Shown: positions 55,044 through 64,000 of the stretch, one piece after another
Position numbering within the stretch: the first letter of the stretch is position 1
Layout: every line of letters begins with the position of its first letter
DNA from: Erysipelothrix sp.
GTDB lineage: Bacteria > Bacillota_I > Bacilli_A > Erysipelotrichales > Erysipelotrichaceae
Length of the DNA stretch: 64,000 bases
Reading direction: 5' to 3'
Assembly (NCBI GenBank): GCA_018335655.1
Contig: JAGXRX010000014.1
Location: forward strand, 110,370-174,369
Made by a program: the position numbers and the translations under genes
Notes under the pieces: generated by a model
Told to the model about the DNA's origin: nothing
Database searches by the model: none
The model's input: only the letters and a program-made list of their open reading frames with translations

Positions 55044-55823
55044 ATGCTAGCCTCACAAAGAAAATCACTCATCATTGAACTTATTAAAAAGAATCAATTC
55101 ATTTCGGTTGCTGAGTTATCACAACAACTTAATGCTTCTGAAGCTACAATTCGCAGAGATCTAACATCTCTTGAACTGGCTGGAAAACTTGAGCGTACGC
55201 ATGGTGGTGCAACCTCGATTGAGAATATTCATCATGAAGAAAAAATGATTGAGAAACAAACACTCAATATTAAAGAGAAACTTTCCATTGCTCGTCGTGC
55301 ATTTTCATTACTTAAAGATTATCAAACAATCATTCTAGATGCTGGTTCAACAACTCAATTACTCGCTCGCCTTATCGGTGAGTCATCACTTCATTTAACA
55401 GTAATCACAAATGCAACAAGTCACTTTCCTGAATTAATTATGAATCCAAATGTTGAATGTTACCTTGTAGGTGGAAAGATTCGCTCAAACACCTTAGCAT
55501 GTGTTGGATCACTCGCCATTTCAAGCATGGCACGATTCAAAGCAGATATTGCCTTTCTTGGAGTCAATGGTATTAGTATTCAAGGTGAATTTACTACAGC
55601 TGATGTTGAAGAGTCTCTCATGAAAAGAGCGATGCTAGATCGAGCATCCAGTGTTGTTGTTCTAAGTGATCATACAAAATTCAACAAGCAATGGTTAAGT
55701 GTATTTGCCAATGCTCATGAAATTGATTTACTTATTTGTGATCAAGAAGGAGATAGTAAGTTTATATCCGACCTACAAGAAACAACAGAACTTAGTATCG
55801 ATGTTGTGAGTTATCCATCATGA
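55044..55823 (+). CDS. fruR: DeoR-family repressor (FruR-like)
   Basis: HTH VAELSQQLNASEATIRRDL, in fructose operon context. Confidence 0.85.
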   Translation: MLASQRKSLIIELIKKNQFISVAELSQQLNASEATIRRDLTSLELAGKLERTHGGATSIENIHHEEKMIEKQTLNIKEKLSIARRAFSLLKDYQTIILDAGSTTQLLARLIGESSLHLTVITNATSHFPELIMNPNVECYLVGGKIRSNTLACVGSLAISSMARFKADIAFLGVNGISIQGEFTTADVEESLMKRAMLDRASSVVVLSDHTKFNKQWLSVFANAHEIDLLICDQEGDSKFISDLQETTELSIDVVSYPS

Positions 55824-56764
55824 TACTCACTATTACAATAAACCCAGCCATAGATAAAACGATTGTTGTTGAGAAACTTAATGTAAACCATGTTAATCGT
55901 GTCTTAAGTTCACGCGAAGATCTAGGTGGTAAAGGAATTAACGTTTCAAAAGTACTGACTAAGCTAAAAGTTCCGACGATTGCGTGTGGATTCATAGGAA
56001 GCAAAAACTATGCTAAAGTATCTCAATTTGTCGATCATGAACAATTAGCAACTGACTTTGTATTGGTGGATGCAACGACTCGAACTAATACCAAGATTGT
56101 AGAAGTATCTTCTCAATCAACGACTGACATTAACGAACCAGGCTTTGAAGTAACACATAAAGAAGTTAATCAATTAAAAACTCTTATCCAAAGTGTTGCG
56201 AAAGAAGTCGATATGATTGTATTTTCAGGATCACTTTGTCAGGGGATGAGCCTTGAGCAATATGGTGATTTAATCAATGCTGCTAAAGAGCACACCCAAG
56301 TTGTCGTTGATGCTGAGAAACTTGCATTAGAAGAAGCACTTAAACACTCACCGCTTTTAATTAAACCAAATGTTGCAGAGCTAGAAGGATATTTACAAGT
56401 ATTCTTAAGAAACGAGAATGAAATGATTCAAGCTGCTCTTGATGTATTACGTACAAGTGGCACCAAAATGATGTTACTCTCTCATGGTGAATATGGTTCT
56501 TACTTTATTTCTGAGAAAATCGTCCTTAAAGCTGAAGCATTAAAAGTCGACGTGAAAAGTACAGTTGGTGCAGGAGACTCAATGCTAGCAGGATTTATCA
56601 GTGAGTATGTAAAGAGTGGCGATATCCGTGAATCACTAAAAGTAGCGACTGCGTGTGGAGCATTAGCAGTGTCTCAAGAGGGTACTCAATCCTTCACACT
56701 TGATGAAGTATTAGAATTAAAGAAACATGTCAAAATTAATGACATTGTAAGGAGAAATGTATGA
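55820..56764 (+). CDS. fruK: 1-phosphofructokinase (PfkB family)
   Basis: MILTITINPAIDKT start, GGKGINVS, and the GAGDSMLAGF ATP motif. Confidence 0.9.
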   Translation: MILTITINPAIDKTIVVEKLNVNHVNRVLSSREDLGGKGINVSKVLTKLKVPTIACGFIGSKNYAKVSQFVDHEQLATDFVLVDATTRTNTKIVEVSSQSTTDINEPGFEVTHKEVNQLKTLIQSVAKEVDMIVFSGSLCQGMSLEQYGDLINAAKEHTQVVVDAEKLALEEALKHSPLLIKPNVAELEGYLQVFLRNENEMIQAALDVLRTSGTKMMLLSHGEYGSYFISEKIVLKAEALKVDVKSTVGAGDSMLAGFISEYVKSGDIRESLKVATACGALAVSQEGTQSFTLDEVLELKKHVKINDIVRRNV

Positions 56765-57162
56765 AAGTACTAGGAGTTACCGCATGTCCGACTGGTATTG
56801 CTCACACTTATATGGCAGCAGAAGCTATTGAGCAAGCAGCAAAACGTCTAGGATTTGAAGTCAAAGTAGAGACTCGTGGTTCAGTTGGTGTAGAAAATGA
56901 ACTGACTGCTGACGATATCGCGAATGCTGATGTCATTGTCTTAGCATGTGATACCACGGTCCCAACAGAGCGATTTATTGGTAAGAAAGTAATTTCAGTG
57001 GGAGTCTCAGACGCAATTAAACGCGCAACAGAAATCATTGAAACAGGATTAACGAAAGAAAACTTTACTGGAACACTTGTAAACGAAAAAACAGTGAAGA
57101 AAGTCAAAGAAGGCGAAGAAGCTGAAGAAGGATTCTTTGCGAAGTTGTTTAAGAAGAAGTAG
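56761..57162 (+). CDS. PTS fructose-family EIIB component
   Basis: VTACPTGIAHTYMAAEA phospho-Cys motif. Confidence 0.9.
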   Translation: MKVLGVTACPTGIAHTYMAAEAIEQAAKRLGFEVKVETRGSVGVENELTADDIANADVIVLACDTTVPTERFIGKKVISVGVSDAIKRATEIIETGLTKENFTGTLVNEKTVKKVKEGEEAEEGFFAKLFKKK

Positions 57163-57240
57163 TCTAAACAAGGTATTCCATCATGATGGTGACCGCAATC
57201 ATCGTTGTGATTATACATTGAGAAGAGGAAAGGGAAAAAT

Positions 57241-58245
57241 ATGAAAACAAATTCTGTTTATAAACATTTAATGAGTGGCGTTTCTTACATGATTCCATTC
57301 GTAGTAGCAGGCGGTATTGCTATCGCTATCTCCTTCGCGTTCGGTTATGACGCGTTTCAAACTGAAGGTACACTTCCAGCTTATCTAATGGCAATTGGAG
57401 GCGGTGGTGGATTTGGACTGATGGTTCCAATCCTTGCTGGTTATATTGCTTATTCAATTGCTGATCGTCCAGGTCTTGCACCAGGGATGATTGGTGGTGT
57501 TATCGCAGGAAATATTGGTTCTGGTTTCTTAGGTGGAATCGTTGCTGGTTTCCTTGCAGGGTATGTTGTTTTAGCAATTAGAAAATATATCGTCCTTCCT
57601 AAATCACTACAAGGTATTATGCCGGTTCTAGTGATTCCAGTATTTGGTTCACTAATCGTTGGTTTATCAATCTTCTATGTTCTTGGAGCACCAATGACAT
57701 TCATAAACGAAGCTGTCGCAAGCTTCCTAAGTTCACTTTCAGGTGGAAGTGCAATTGTTCTTGGATTACTTCTTGGAACAATGATGGCCTTCGATATGGG
57801 TGGCCCAGTGAATAAAGCTGCGTATGCTTTTGGAACTTCAACACTCGTTTTAGGACAAGGCTCCGCAGTCATGGCTGCTGTTATGGCTGGTGGTATGGTT
57901 CCTCCTTTAGGAATTGGACTTGCAACACTATTATTCGCTAAGAAATTTGATACTGACCAAAAAGAAGCAGGAAAAGCTGCACTCGTTTTAGGTGCAAGTT
58001 TCATTACTGAAGGTGCTATTCCATTTGCTGCTGCTGATCCAGCACGTGTATTACCAGCAATCATGGTTGGTGGTGCTGTGGCAGGAGCATTATCCATGGG
58101 ATTAGGTGCAACACTTGCAGTACCTCATGGTGGATTATTTGTTATCTTTGCAGTCACAAATATCATTCAATACATTATTGCAATTGCTGCAGGAACAGTA
58201 GTGACAGCAGGCTTACTTGGTGTATTGAAGAAAGATATTGCATAA
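57241..58245 (+). CDS. fruA: PTS fructose-family EIIC permease
   Basis: Gly/Ala-rich multi-TM protein with the GGPVNKAAY and ITEGAIPFA blocks of FruA EIIC. Confidence 0.9.
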   Translation: MKTNSVYKHLMSGVSYMIPFVVAGGIAIAISFAFGYDAFQTEGTLPAYLMAIGGGGGFGLMVPILAGYIAYSIADRPGLAPGMIGGVIAGNIGSGFLGGIVAGFLAGYVVLAIRKYIVLPKSLQGIMPVLVIPVFGSLIVGLSIFYVLGAPMTFINEAVASFLSSLSGGSAIVLGLLLGTMMAFDMGGPVNKAAYAFGTSTLVLGQGSAVMAAVMAGGMVPPLGIGLATLLFAKKFDTDQKEAGKAALVLGASFITEGAIPFAAADPARVLPAIMVGGAVAGALSMGLGATLAVPHGGLFVIFAVTNIIQYIIAIAAGTVVTAGLLGVLKKDIA

Positions 58246-58265
58246 TATCCAACTGAATAAACAAT

Positions 58266-58292
58266 GATGTCTTGCGGGACATCTTTTTTTTT
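58266..58292 (+). terminator. Intrinsic terminator after EIIC
   Basis: GATGTC ttgcgg GACATC stem followed by a T9 run. Confidence 0.7.
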
Positions 58293-58316
58293 GGTAGTGT
58301 GAGTGTAGAGGTCACC

Positions 58317-59207
58317 ATGAAAACAATCAAACTTAATCAAAATATTGAAGTATCTAGAATTATTCAAGGGGCAATGAACTTTAGTCGAAACTCCTTTACC
58401 CCAAAAGAAGTGATGGAAATGATGGTCCATCGTATAGATCATGGGGTAACCACCTTTGATACAGCACAGATTTATGGCTCAGGTGATAATGAAGTTATTC
58501 TAGGTGAAGCACTTCAACTAAATCCTTCATTAAAAAAGCAAACCCAATGGATAAGTAAGACGGGGATTATTTTAAAGAAAGATCAACATAGTATAGCTCA
58601 TTATGATACACGAGCTAAGAGTATCATTACTTCATGTGAAGAAAGTCTAGAGAAACTAGGACTTGATTACTTGGATGTCTTTTTGATTCATCGCGAAGAT
58701 CCACTCATTGGTCATGAAGAAGTAGCTAGTGCCCTTGATGAATGTTTCAATAGAGGCTACATCAAATCATATGGTGTTAGTAACTTTGATCCACATAAAT
58801 TTGATGCTTTACAACACTTCACAAAACAACCACTCGTAACAAACCAAATAGAATTTAGTATTAATTGTTTTGAACACATTGACAATGGGAATTTCGACTT
58901 CCTACAAAAACATCATATTCATCCATTAATTTGGTCACCACTTGCTCAAGGTCGCGTATTTATTTCTCAAGATCCAGAATACCAAGCACTAAAAAACATC
59001 TTAGAAAGTCTTGCGCTTAAATATAATACAACGAGTGCAGCGATTGCCTTAAGCTTCATCATGCACCATCCTATTCAAGCCATTCCAATAATTGGGACGA
59101 CTCAAAACCAACGTTTTGAATCATTACTTGAAAGTATGAATATCAAACTTGAGCATGAAGACTGGTATCGAATTTATACCGCTCATCCTCAACGACGACT
59201 TCGATAA
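58317..59207 (+). CDS. Aldo/keto reductase
   Basis: FDTAQIYG, LDYLDVFLIHRED and SNF blocks. ATG at 58317. Confidence 0.85.
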   Translation: MKTIKLNQNIEVSRIIQGAMNFSRNSFTPKEVMEMMVHRIDHGVTTFDTAQIYGSGDNEVILGEALQLNPSLKKQTQWISKTGIILKKDQHSIAHYDTRAKSIITSCEESLEKLGLDYLDVFLIHREDPLIGHEEVASALDECFNRGYIKSYGVSNFDPHKFDALQHFTKQPLVTNQIEFSINCFEHIDNGNFDFLQKHHIHPLIWSPLAQGRVFISQDPEYQALKNILESLALKYNTTSAAIALSFIMHHPIQAIPIIGTTQNQRFESLLESMNIKLEHEDWYRIYTAHPQRRLR

Positions 59208-59210
59208 AAA

Positions 59211-59239
59211 AAACACTTTGAGTTATTCTCAAAGTGTTT
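59211..59239. terminator. Bidirectional intrinsic terminator
   Basis: AAACACTTTGAG ttatt CTCAAAGTGTTT hairpin between convergent genes. Confidence 0.8.
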
Positions 59240-59762
59240 GTGCATACACATAGGCATCTTCACCATAAATATCATAGCCCACAATAAGTGGTAAATCTTT
59301 CACAACTAGTTTCTTAATCGATTCAGGACCTAAGTCTTCATAGGCAATGACTTCTGAAGATTCAACACATTGTCCAAGATATGCTCCAGATCCTCCAATC
59401 GCGAGTAGATATACTGCTTGGTGGGATTTAAAGGCTTCTAAGACTGTTTTAGAGCGATAGCCTTTACCGATAATGGCTTTTACTCCATGGTCTAATAAGG
59501 TAGGTGTAAAAACATCCATGCGTGAAGATGTGGTTGGACCTGCTGAACCAAACTTTTGACCTGGAGGTGTAGGCGAAGGTCCTACATAGTAGATAACTGC
59601 ACCTTCTAAATCAAAAGGAGGAGTGTTGTTTTCAATGTCTTTAATGAGTCTTATATGAGCAGCATCACGTGCAGTATAAAGTGTTCCTGAAAACATAATA
59701 AAATCTTTCGCATGCAGTGATTTAATCTCTTCAATGTTTAATGGAGTTTGAATTGTTTTCAT
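59229..59762 (-). CDS. fumB: Fe-S type (class I) fumarate/tartrate hydro-lyase, beta subunit
   Basis: GTLYTARDAAH and GPTTSSRMD blocks; 177 aa. Confidence 0.85.
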   Translation of the reverse strand: MKTIQTPLNIEEIKSLHAKDFIMFSGTLYTARDAAHIRLIKDIENNTPPFDLEGAVIYYVGPSPTPPGQKFGSAGPTTSSRMDVFTPTLLDHGVKAIIGKGYRSKTVLEAFKSHQAVYLLAIGGSGAYLGQCVESSEVIAYEDLGPESIKKLVVKDLPLIVGYDIYGEDAYVYAQTL

Positions 59763-60601
59763 AGTGTGATATGGACATGGCGTGTCATATGACAGTTAAT
59801 ATTCACCGCAACTGGAAGCCCTGCAATATGTGTTGGGGCTGTTTTAATGAATAAATCAATCGCCGTCGTTTTACCTCCTAAACCTTGGGGACCAATGCCT
59901 GACGCATTAATCTTTTCTAACCAATCTCTTTCAAGATTAGCATAGCGCTCATCTGGATTGCGATCACCAACTTCGTTAAATAAAGCTTCTTTGGCAAGTA
60001 ATGCAGCTTGATCCATGGTTCCACCAATACCAACACCGACAACCATAGGAGGGCATGCATTAGGACCTGCAGTAAATACGGTGTTTAAAACAAATTCTTC
60101 GACTCCTTTTAGTCCATGAGCAGGTGTCAACATGGCTAATTTAGACATGTTTTCACTTCCAAATCCTTTAGCGCTTAATAAAATCTCACAACGATCATCA
60201 TTGGTCATCTCTATATGAACAACCGCTGGTGTATTGTCATTGGTGTTAACACGCTCTAGAAGTGGGTCTTTGACAATCGACTTACGCAAATAAGCGACAT
60301 CATAAGCTTCCTTAACTCCTTCATTGATCATATCAATGACGTAGTCTCCTTCGAGATGAAGTTGTTGACCTAGTTTTAAGAAGATGACGACCATTCCTGT
60401 ATCTTGACACATAGGAATATGTTGGTTTGAAGCAAGTTCTGAATTGTCTAAAAGAACTTTCAAAATAGCTTTACCAACTCCCATTTCTTGATCCATGTAG
60501 TTTTTAATGGCCTCTTCCATGGGTTTGGAATAGCGAAATTGAATGCTTTGACATGCTTCAAATACAGCTTGTTTAATTGCTTGGGTGTTAATCGTTCTCA
60601 T
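59759..60601 (-). CDS. fumA: Fe-S type (class I) fumarate/tartrate hydro-lyase, alpha subunit
   Basis: [10 protein letters not shown] and GVGIGGT blocks; 280 aa, overlapping the beta gene. Confidence 0.85.
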   Translation of the reverse strand: MRTINTQAIKQAVFEACQSIQFRYSKPMEEAIKNYMDQEMGVGKAILKVLLDNSELASNQHIPMCQDTGMVVIFLKLGQQLHLEGDYVIDMINEGVKEAYDVAYLRKSIVKDPLLERVNTNDNTPAVVHIEMTNDDRCEILLSAKGFGSENMSKLAMLTPAHGLKGVEEFVLNTVFTAGPNACPPMVVGVGIGGTMDQAALLAKEALFNEVGDRNPDERYANLERDWLEKINASGIGPQGLGGKTTAIDLFIKTAPTHIAGLPVAVNINCHMTRHVHITL

Positions 60602-62027
60602 GATCTTGATCCTTGAGTTTTGTTTTTAAGAGTTGTTTACCCGATATACCTGGACGGGTTAATGACTTAGGTTTAAGAATGATATTCAAATCACGCTCAC
60701 TAAGTAATCCACTTTCTAAAATAACATCACGAAGTTTTCGACGCTCAATGAGTGCTTTTTGTGCCAACAATGAAGCATTCGCATATCCAATATGAGGAGC
60801 AACTGCAGTGATATTACCAATGGATGATTCAACCATTTCCTCACATCGTGCTTTATTTGCACTGACACCATCAATAAGATTTACTCTAAAGGTATCACAT
60901 GCATGGGTCATTGTTTCGATAGATTCAAAGAGTTTATAAAACATAACAGGTTCAAAAACGTTAAGTTCAAGTTGACCTGCCTCAGCGGCTTTTAAGATAG
61001 TGACATCATTACCAAACACATTAAAGCATACTTGGTTAACGACTTCCGCAATAACAGGATTGATCTTACCTGGCATAATAGAAGATCCTGGTTGTTTTTC
61101 AGGAAGATTAATCTCATTAAATCCAGCAAGTGGACCAGAAGCCATAAGACGAATATCATTACTCATTTTTGAAAGATTGACGGCACATGTTTTAAGTGAA
61201 GAAGAAGCCCATACAAACACATCAACATTGCGAGTACTATCCACAAGATCTCTTGCACTTGTGAGGGTGATACCACATACCTTAGAGAGTTCCTTAACCA
61301 CAATACGCTTGTAGTTTTCATCCGCATTGAGACCTGTCCCTACAGCAGTCGCTCCCATGTTCACTGATTTTAAATCATTAAAGGCAATCTTAATGCGTTT
61401 AATATCACGACCAATAGAAGTAGCGAATGCTTTGAATTCTTGACCAAGCTGAATAGGAATTGCATCTTGTAAATGAGTCCGCCCCATTTTTAAGACATCT
61501 TCAAATTCTTCACTTTTCTTTAGAAGAGAAACTTGAAGAAGTCGAAGCGATTCAAGTAAATCTTCAACTAAAAATATTGAAGCAAGTCGACCTGCACTTG
61601 GGTAGACATCATTAGTTGATTGGCCAAAATTTAAGTGATCATTAGGATGAATGTATTCATAAGTTCCTAATGGATAATTTGCAAGTTCATTAGCACGATT
61701 CGCAATGACTTCATTAACATTCATATGAGCAGAAGTCCCTGCACCACCTTGAATTGCATCCGTGACAAAATGATCATTAAGTAATCCATCAATGACCTCT
61801 TGGGCTGCAATTTGAATGAAATGTAGTCTTTTCTTATCAATATAACCAACCTTATGGTTTGAGATTGTGGCAGCAAGTTTAATCATGCCTAATGCTTTCA
61901 CCATCATTGGATGGATTGGCTTTAATGTAATCGGAAAATTGGTAAGTGATCGAACTGTTTGAGCTCCATAATAGGCATCAAGTGGCACTTCTACTAAACC
62001 AAGTGAATCTTTTTCTAATCGCGTCAT
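60588..62027 (-). CDS. aspA: Aspartate ammonia-lyase (aspartase/fumarase superfamily)
   Basis: GSSIMPGKINPVIAEVVNQV signature, closer to AspA (NPVVPEVVNQV) than to FumC. Also QGGAGTS and QSTNDVYP blocks. Confidence 0.8.
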   Translation of the reverse strand: MTRLEKDSLGLVEVPLDAYYGAQTVRSLTNFPITLKPIHPMMVKALGMIKLAATISNHKVGYIDKKRLHFIQIAAQEVIDGLLNDHFVTDAIQGGAGTSAHMNVNEVIANRANELANYPLGTYEYIHPNDHLNFGQSTNDVYPSAGRLASIFLVEDLLESLRLLQVSLLKKSEEFEDVLKMGRTHLQDAIPIQLGQEFKAFATSIGRDIKRIKIAFNDLKSVNMGATAVGTGLNADENYKRIVVKELSKVCGITLTSARDLVDSTRNVDVFVWASSSLKTCAVNLSKMSNDIRLMASGPLAGFNEINLPEKQPGSSIMPGKINPVIAEVVNQVCFNVFGNDVTILKAAEAGQLELNVFEPVMFYKLFESIETMTHACDTFRVNLIDGVSANKARCEEMVESSIGNITAVAPHIGYANASLLAQKALIERRKLRDVILESGLLSERDLNIILKPKSLTRPGISGKQLLKTKLKDQDHEND

Positions 62028-62101
62028 AAGTATTACCTCAGGTACATGTATTGTAACACTTTCTAACTTATTCTTAAATGGATGTATGGTATAATCATCC
62101 T

Positions 62102-63289
62102 ATGAATTCACTAAGATTTAAAAAAACATCGTCACTTTATTTTCTGTTTGTGCTCTTTTTTTTCGAGCTCATTGCGGCAAATCTAGCTCATCCAGCAACC
62201 CCAACGATCATTGTTGATCGACAACTTCCTTCTTCGACATTTGGTTATGCATTTGCGGCAATGGCTTTAGGAAGTTTTCTTTTTTCGCCTCTTTGGGCTT
62301 ATCTTAATGATCGAATTGGTCGAGTAAATGTCTTTGCGATAGGGTGTTATGGGTACGCATTTGGACAATTATTATTCTTATTTGCAACTCAGCTTTGGTT
62401 AATAGTCTTTGCACGATTTATTGCAGGTGTTTTTGTTGGGGGTGTTATGATGACCCAACTTGTAATGATTCTTGATCATTCAATTGCGAGTGATAGAGCT
62501 GTTAACTTATCTATCCATGCAACATTATTTACTGTTGGTGGTGCCCTCGGATACTTACTTGGAGGTTATTTAGCAGACATCAATATTTACTTAATGTTTG
62601 TCATTCAAGTGGTGTTACTTGCGTCAACTGGACTGTTAATGCACCTTTATTTCAAAGGCATAGATGTTTCACAAATCAAAGACAAGTCTTCTTCATTTAA
62701 TCCATTACGTTTCTTTAAACTCGTTATTCAAATCAAACCCGTAGAGTTTTTACTGTTTAGTGCTGTTGTGTTTCTTTCAATGATTGGAACAATAGCCTTT
62801 GATCAAATCTTTAATTTCTATCTTAAAGATCAATTATCATTTCCAGCATCCATGAATGGTATTATTAAAGCTGGTTTTGGGTTAATGTCACTTTTAGTGA
62901 ATGTTTCATTAGGACGACTTATTATTCAAAGACGTTGGTTTAAATTCCCACTGACAGTCGTACTCCTTAGTGCATCCACAATCTCACTTGTATTATTCTT
63001 TACACGTGACTTTACAATATTCATGAGTCTATCAGTATTATTCTTTATTCTAAATTCTTTGTATCTCATACTTGTGCAAGTATACTCAGGTCATATGAGC
63101 ATGTATGCTTCTAATGCAACGGTGATGGGATTATATAATGCTATAAGGTCATTAGGGATGGTTTTTGGTAGTTTTCTAGCAGGAAGTATCTATCAATTAA
63201 ATATTGCCTCATCATTTGGCTTTGCAGGGATAACTTTAGGTCTTTCAGCACTATTTTTCGTTTTCGCTGTAACCAAAAACAGAGTATAA
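62102..63289 (+). CDS. MFS transporter
   Basis: 12-TM pattern with the LNDRIGR motif between TM2 and TM3. The start is either ATG 62102 or ATG 62078; it is uncertain. Confidence 0.8.
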   Translation: MNSLRFKKTSSLYFLFVLFFFELIAANLAHPATPTIIVDRQLPSSTFGYAFAAMALGSFLFSPLWAYLNDRIGRVNVFAIGCYGYAFGQLLFLFATQLWLIVFARFIAGVFVGGVMMTQLVMILDHSIASDRAVNLSIHATLFTVGGALGYLLGGYLADINIYLMFVIQVVLLASTGLLMHLYFKGIDVSQIKDKSSSFNPLRFFKLVIQIKPVEFLLFSAVVFLSMIGTIAFDQIFNFYLKDQLSFPASMNGIIKAGFGLMSLLVNVSLGRLIIQRRWFKFPLTVVLLSASTISLVLFFTRDFTIFMSLSVLFFILNSLYLILVQVYSGHMSMYASNATVMGLYNAIRSLGMVFGSFLAGSIYQLNIASSFGFAGITLGLSALFFVFAVTKNRV

Positions 63290-63310
63290 TAGACTAAGGA
63301 GGGGCTATTT

Positions 63311-63994
63311 ATGTTGACATGTGAATATATCGCGCACAGTGGTTTTATCTTTGAGACATCAAAACATATTTTATTTTTTGATGTCGCATCAGGAACGATT
63401 CCTTCACATTATCTTAATTCTGAAAAGGAAAAGACAATATTTATCTCACATCATCATTGTAATCATTTTAACTCAAACATCGTTTCTTTAAACCAGCGGA
63501 TTATCGCATCATTAGATGTACCGCTTAGAGCATACTCAAACATTTTCTTTGTGAAAGCACAAGATAGTATTATTACTCATGATTTATCCATTAAGGTATT
63601 TAACTCAACGGACATTGGTGTATGCTTCTTAGTGAATACCCAAGAAGGCATTATATTTCATGCGGGAGATTTTAATTACTGGCATTGGAATCAAGAAGTA
63701 AGTCATGAAGAAAGTGAGTTAGCATATTTACAGTTTAGAAGTATTTTAGAAGATATTATTGGTCATCAAGTGGATGTGGCATGTTTTCCATGTGATCAAA
63801 GAATGGGCCATGATTTTGATTTAGGTCCATTAGAGTTTATTACAACCATTAAACCAAAGGTATTTTGCGCAATGCATCATCAGCATCAACAATCACTAGA
63901 ACCATTTGCGAAGAAAGCATTCGGTATTGATGCATCCATTCAGTTATTTCTTCCAACGGATTACAATCAAAAGATTGAAATCAGTTTGGAATAA
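63311..63994 (+). CDS. MBL-fold metallo-hydrolase family protein
   Basis: The metal motif region ISHHHCNHF corresponds to HxHxDH with Asn in place of Asp. A later HAGD block is also present. GGAGG RBS. Confidence 0.6.
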   Translation: MLTCEYIAHSGFIFETSKHILFFDVASGTIPSHYLNSEKEKTIFISHHHCNHFNSNIVSLNQRIIASLDVPLRAYSNIFFVKAQDSIITHDLSIKVFNSTDIGVCFLVNTQEGIIFHAGDFNYWHWNQEVSHEESELAYLQFRSILEDIIGHQVDVACFPCDQRMGHDFDLGPLEFITTIKPKVFCAMHHQHQQSLEPFAKKAFGIDASIQLFLPTDYNQKIEISLE

Positions 63995-64000
63995 TTAAAT

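Noticed and set aside
56808-58097. Minus-strand ORFs of 136 aa and 140 aa opposite the fructose PTS EIIB and EIIC genes
   Set aside because: Ala/Pro/Ser-rich low-complexity products arise from reading the Gly/Ala-rich PTS genes backwards. There are no translation signals.
1-64000. Mollicutes-type genetic code (TGA = Trp), mobile elements, CRISPR arrays, tRNA/rRNA genes
   Set aside because: Many well-supported genes end in TGA and Trp is encoded by TGG, so the code is standard. I found no transposase or integrase-like ORFs, no regularly spaced direct repeats, and no tRNA- or rRNA-like sequences on either strand.

Overview
This is an AT-rich, densely coded chromosomal segment. It uses the standard genetic code (TGA is a stop, TGG encodes Trp). 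The gene content suggests an anaerobic low-GC Firmicute, possibly Erysipelotrichia-like, but the taxon is only a guess. I support about 65 protein genes, two of them small ORFs missing from the track (rubredoxin and a 35-aa membrane peptide). I also call two candidate small RNAs, several promoters/operators and many intrinsic terminators. I recognised no rRNA, tRNA, CRISPR array, transposase, integrase or prophage genes.

The stand-out region is 14.76-30.28 kb, which holds a DeoR-regulated bacterial microcompartment (BMC) locus.
- Its only plausible aldehyde-generating enzyme is a class II aldolase carrying a C-terminal encapsulation peptide.
- The aldolase is followed by an acylating aldehyde dehydrogenase, four BMC-H proteins, PduL and one BMC-P protein.
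- Three unusual accessories come next: a signal-less solute-binding-fold protein, a CoA-disulfide-reductase/Nox-like flavoprotein, and a GctAB-like CoA-transferase pair.
- A second operon encodes a ribose-type ABC importer plus MtnK-like kinase and MtnA-like isomerase.

MtnK + MtnA + class II aldolase is the DHAP shunt (the 5-deoxyribose / 5-methylthioribose route). I therefore read the locus as a candidate metabolosome for catabolising these S-adenosylmethionine by-product sugars. I cannot verify from here whether this overlaps the bioinformatically defined SPU locus class.

Other notable items:
- Two paralogous promoter-plus-hairpin elements with a conserved C-rich loop, likely tiny sRNAs or leaders.
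- A RecQ-like protein in which every catalytic helicase motif is degenerate.
- An orphan cellobiose-type PTS IIB/IIA pair.
- A tightly coupled MarR/ABC/ABC/AEC/HAD operon.

The rest is ordinary housekeeping and transport: malic enzyme, CCA-adding enzyme, Ndk, c-di-GMP enzymes, a TetR-RND efflux system, 2-oxoacid:ferredoxin oxidoreductase, a fructose PTS operon, and aspartase with class I fumarase.
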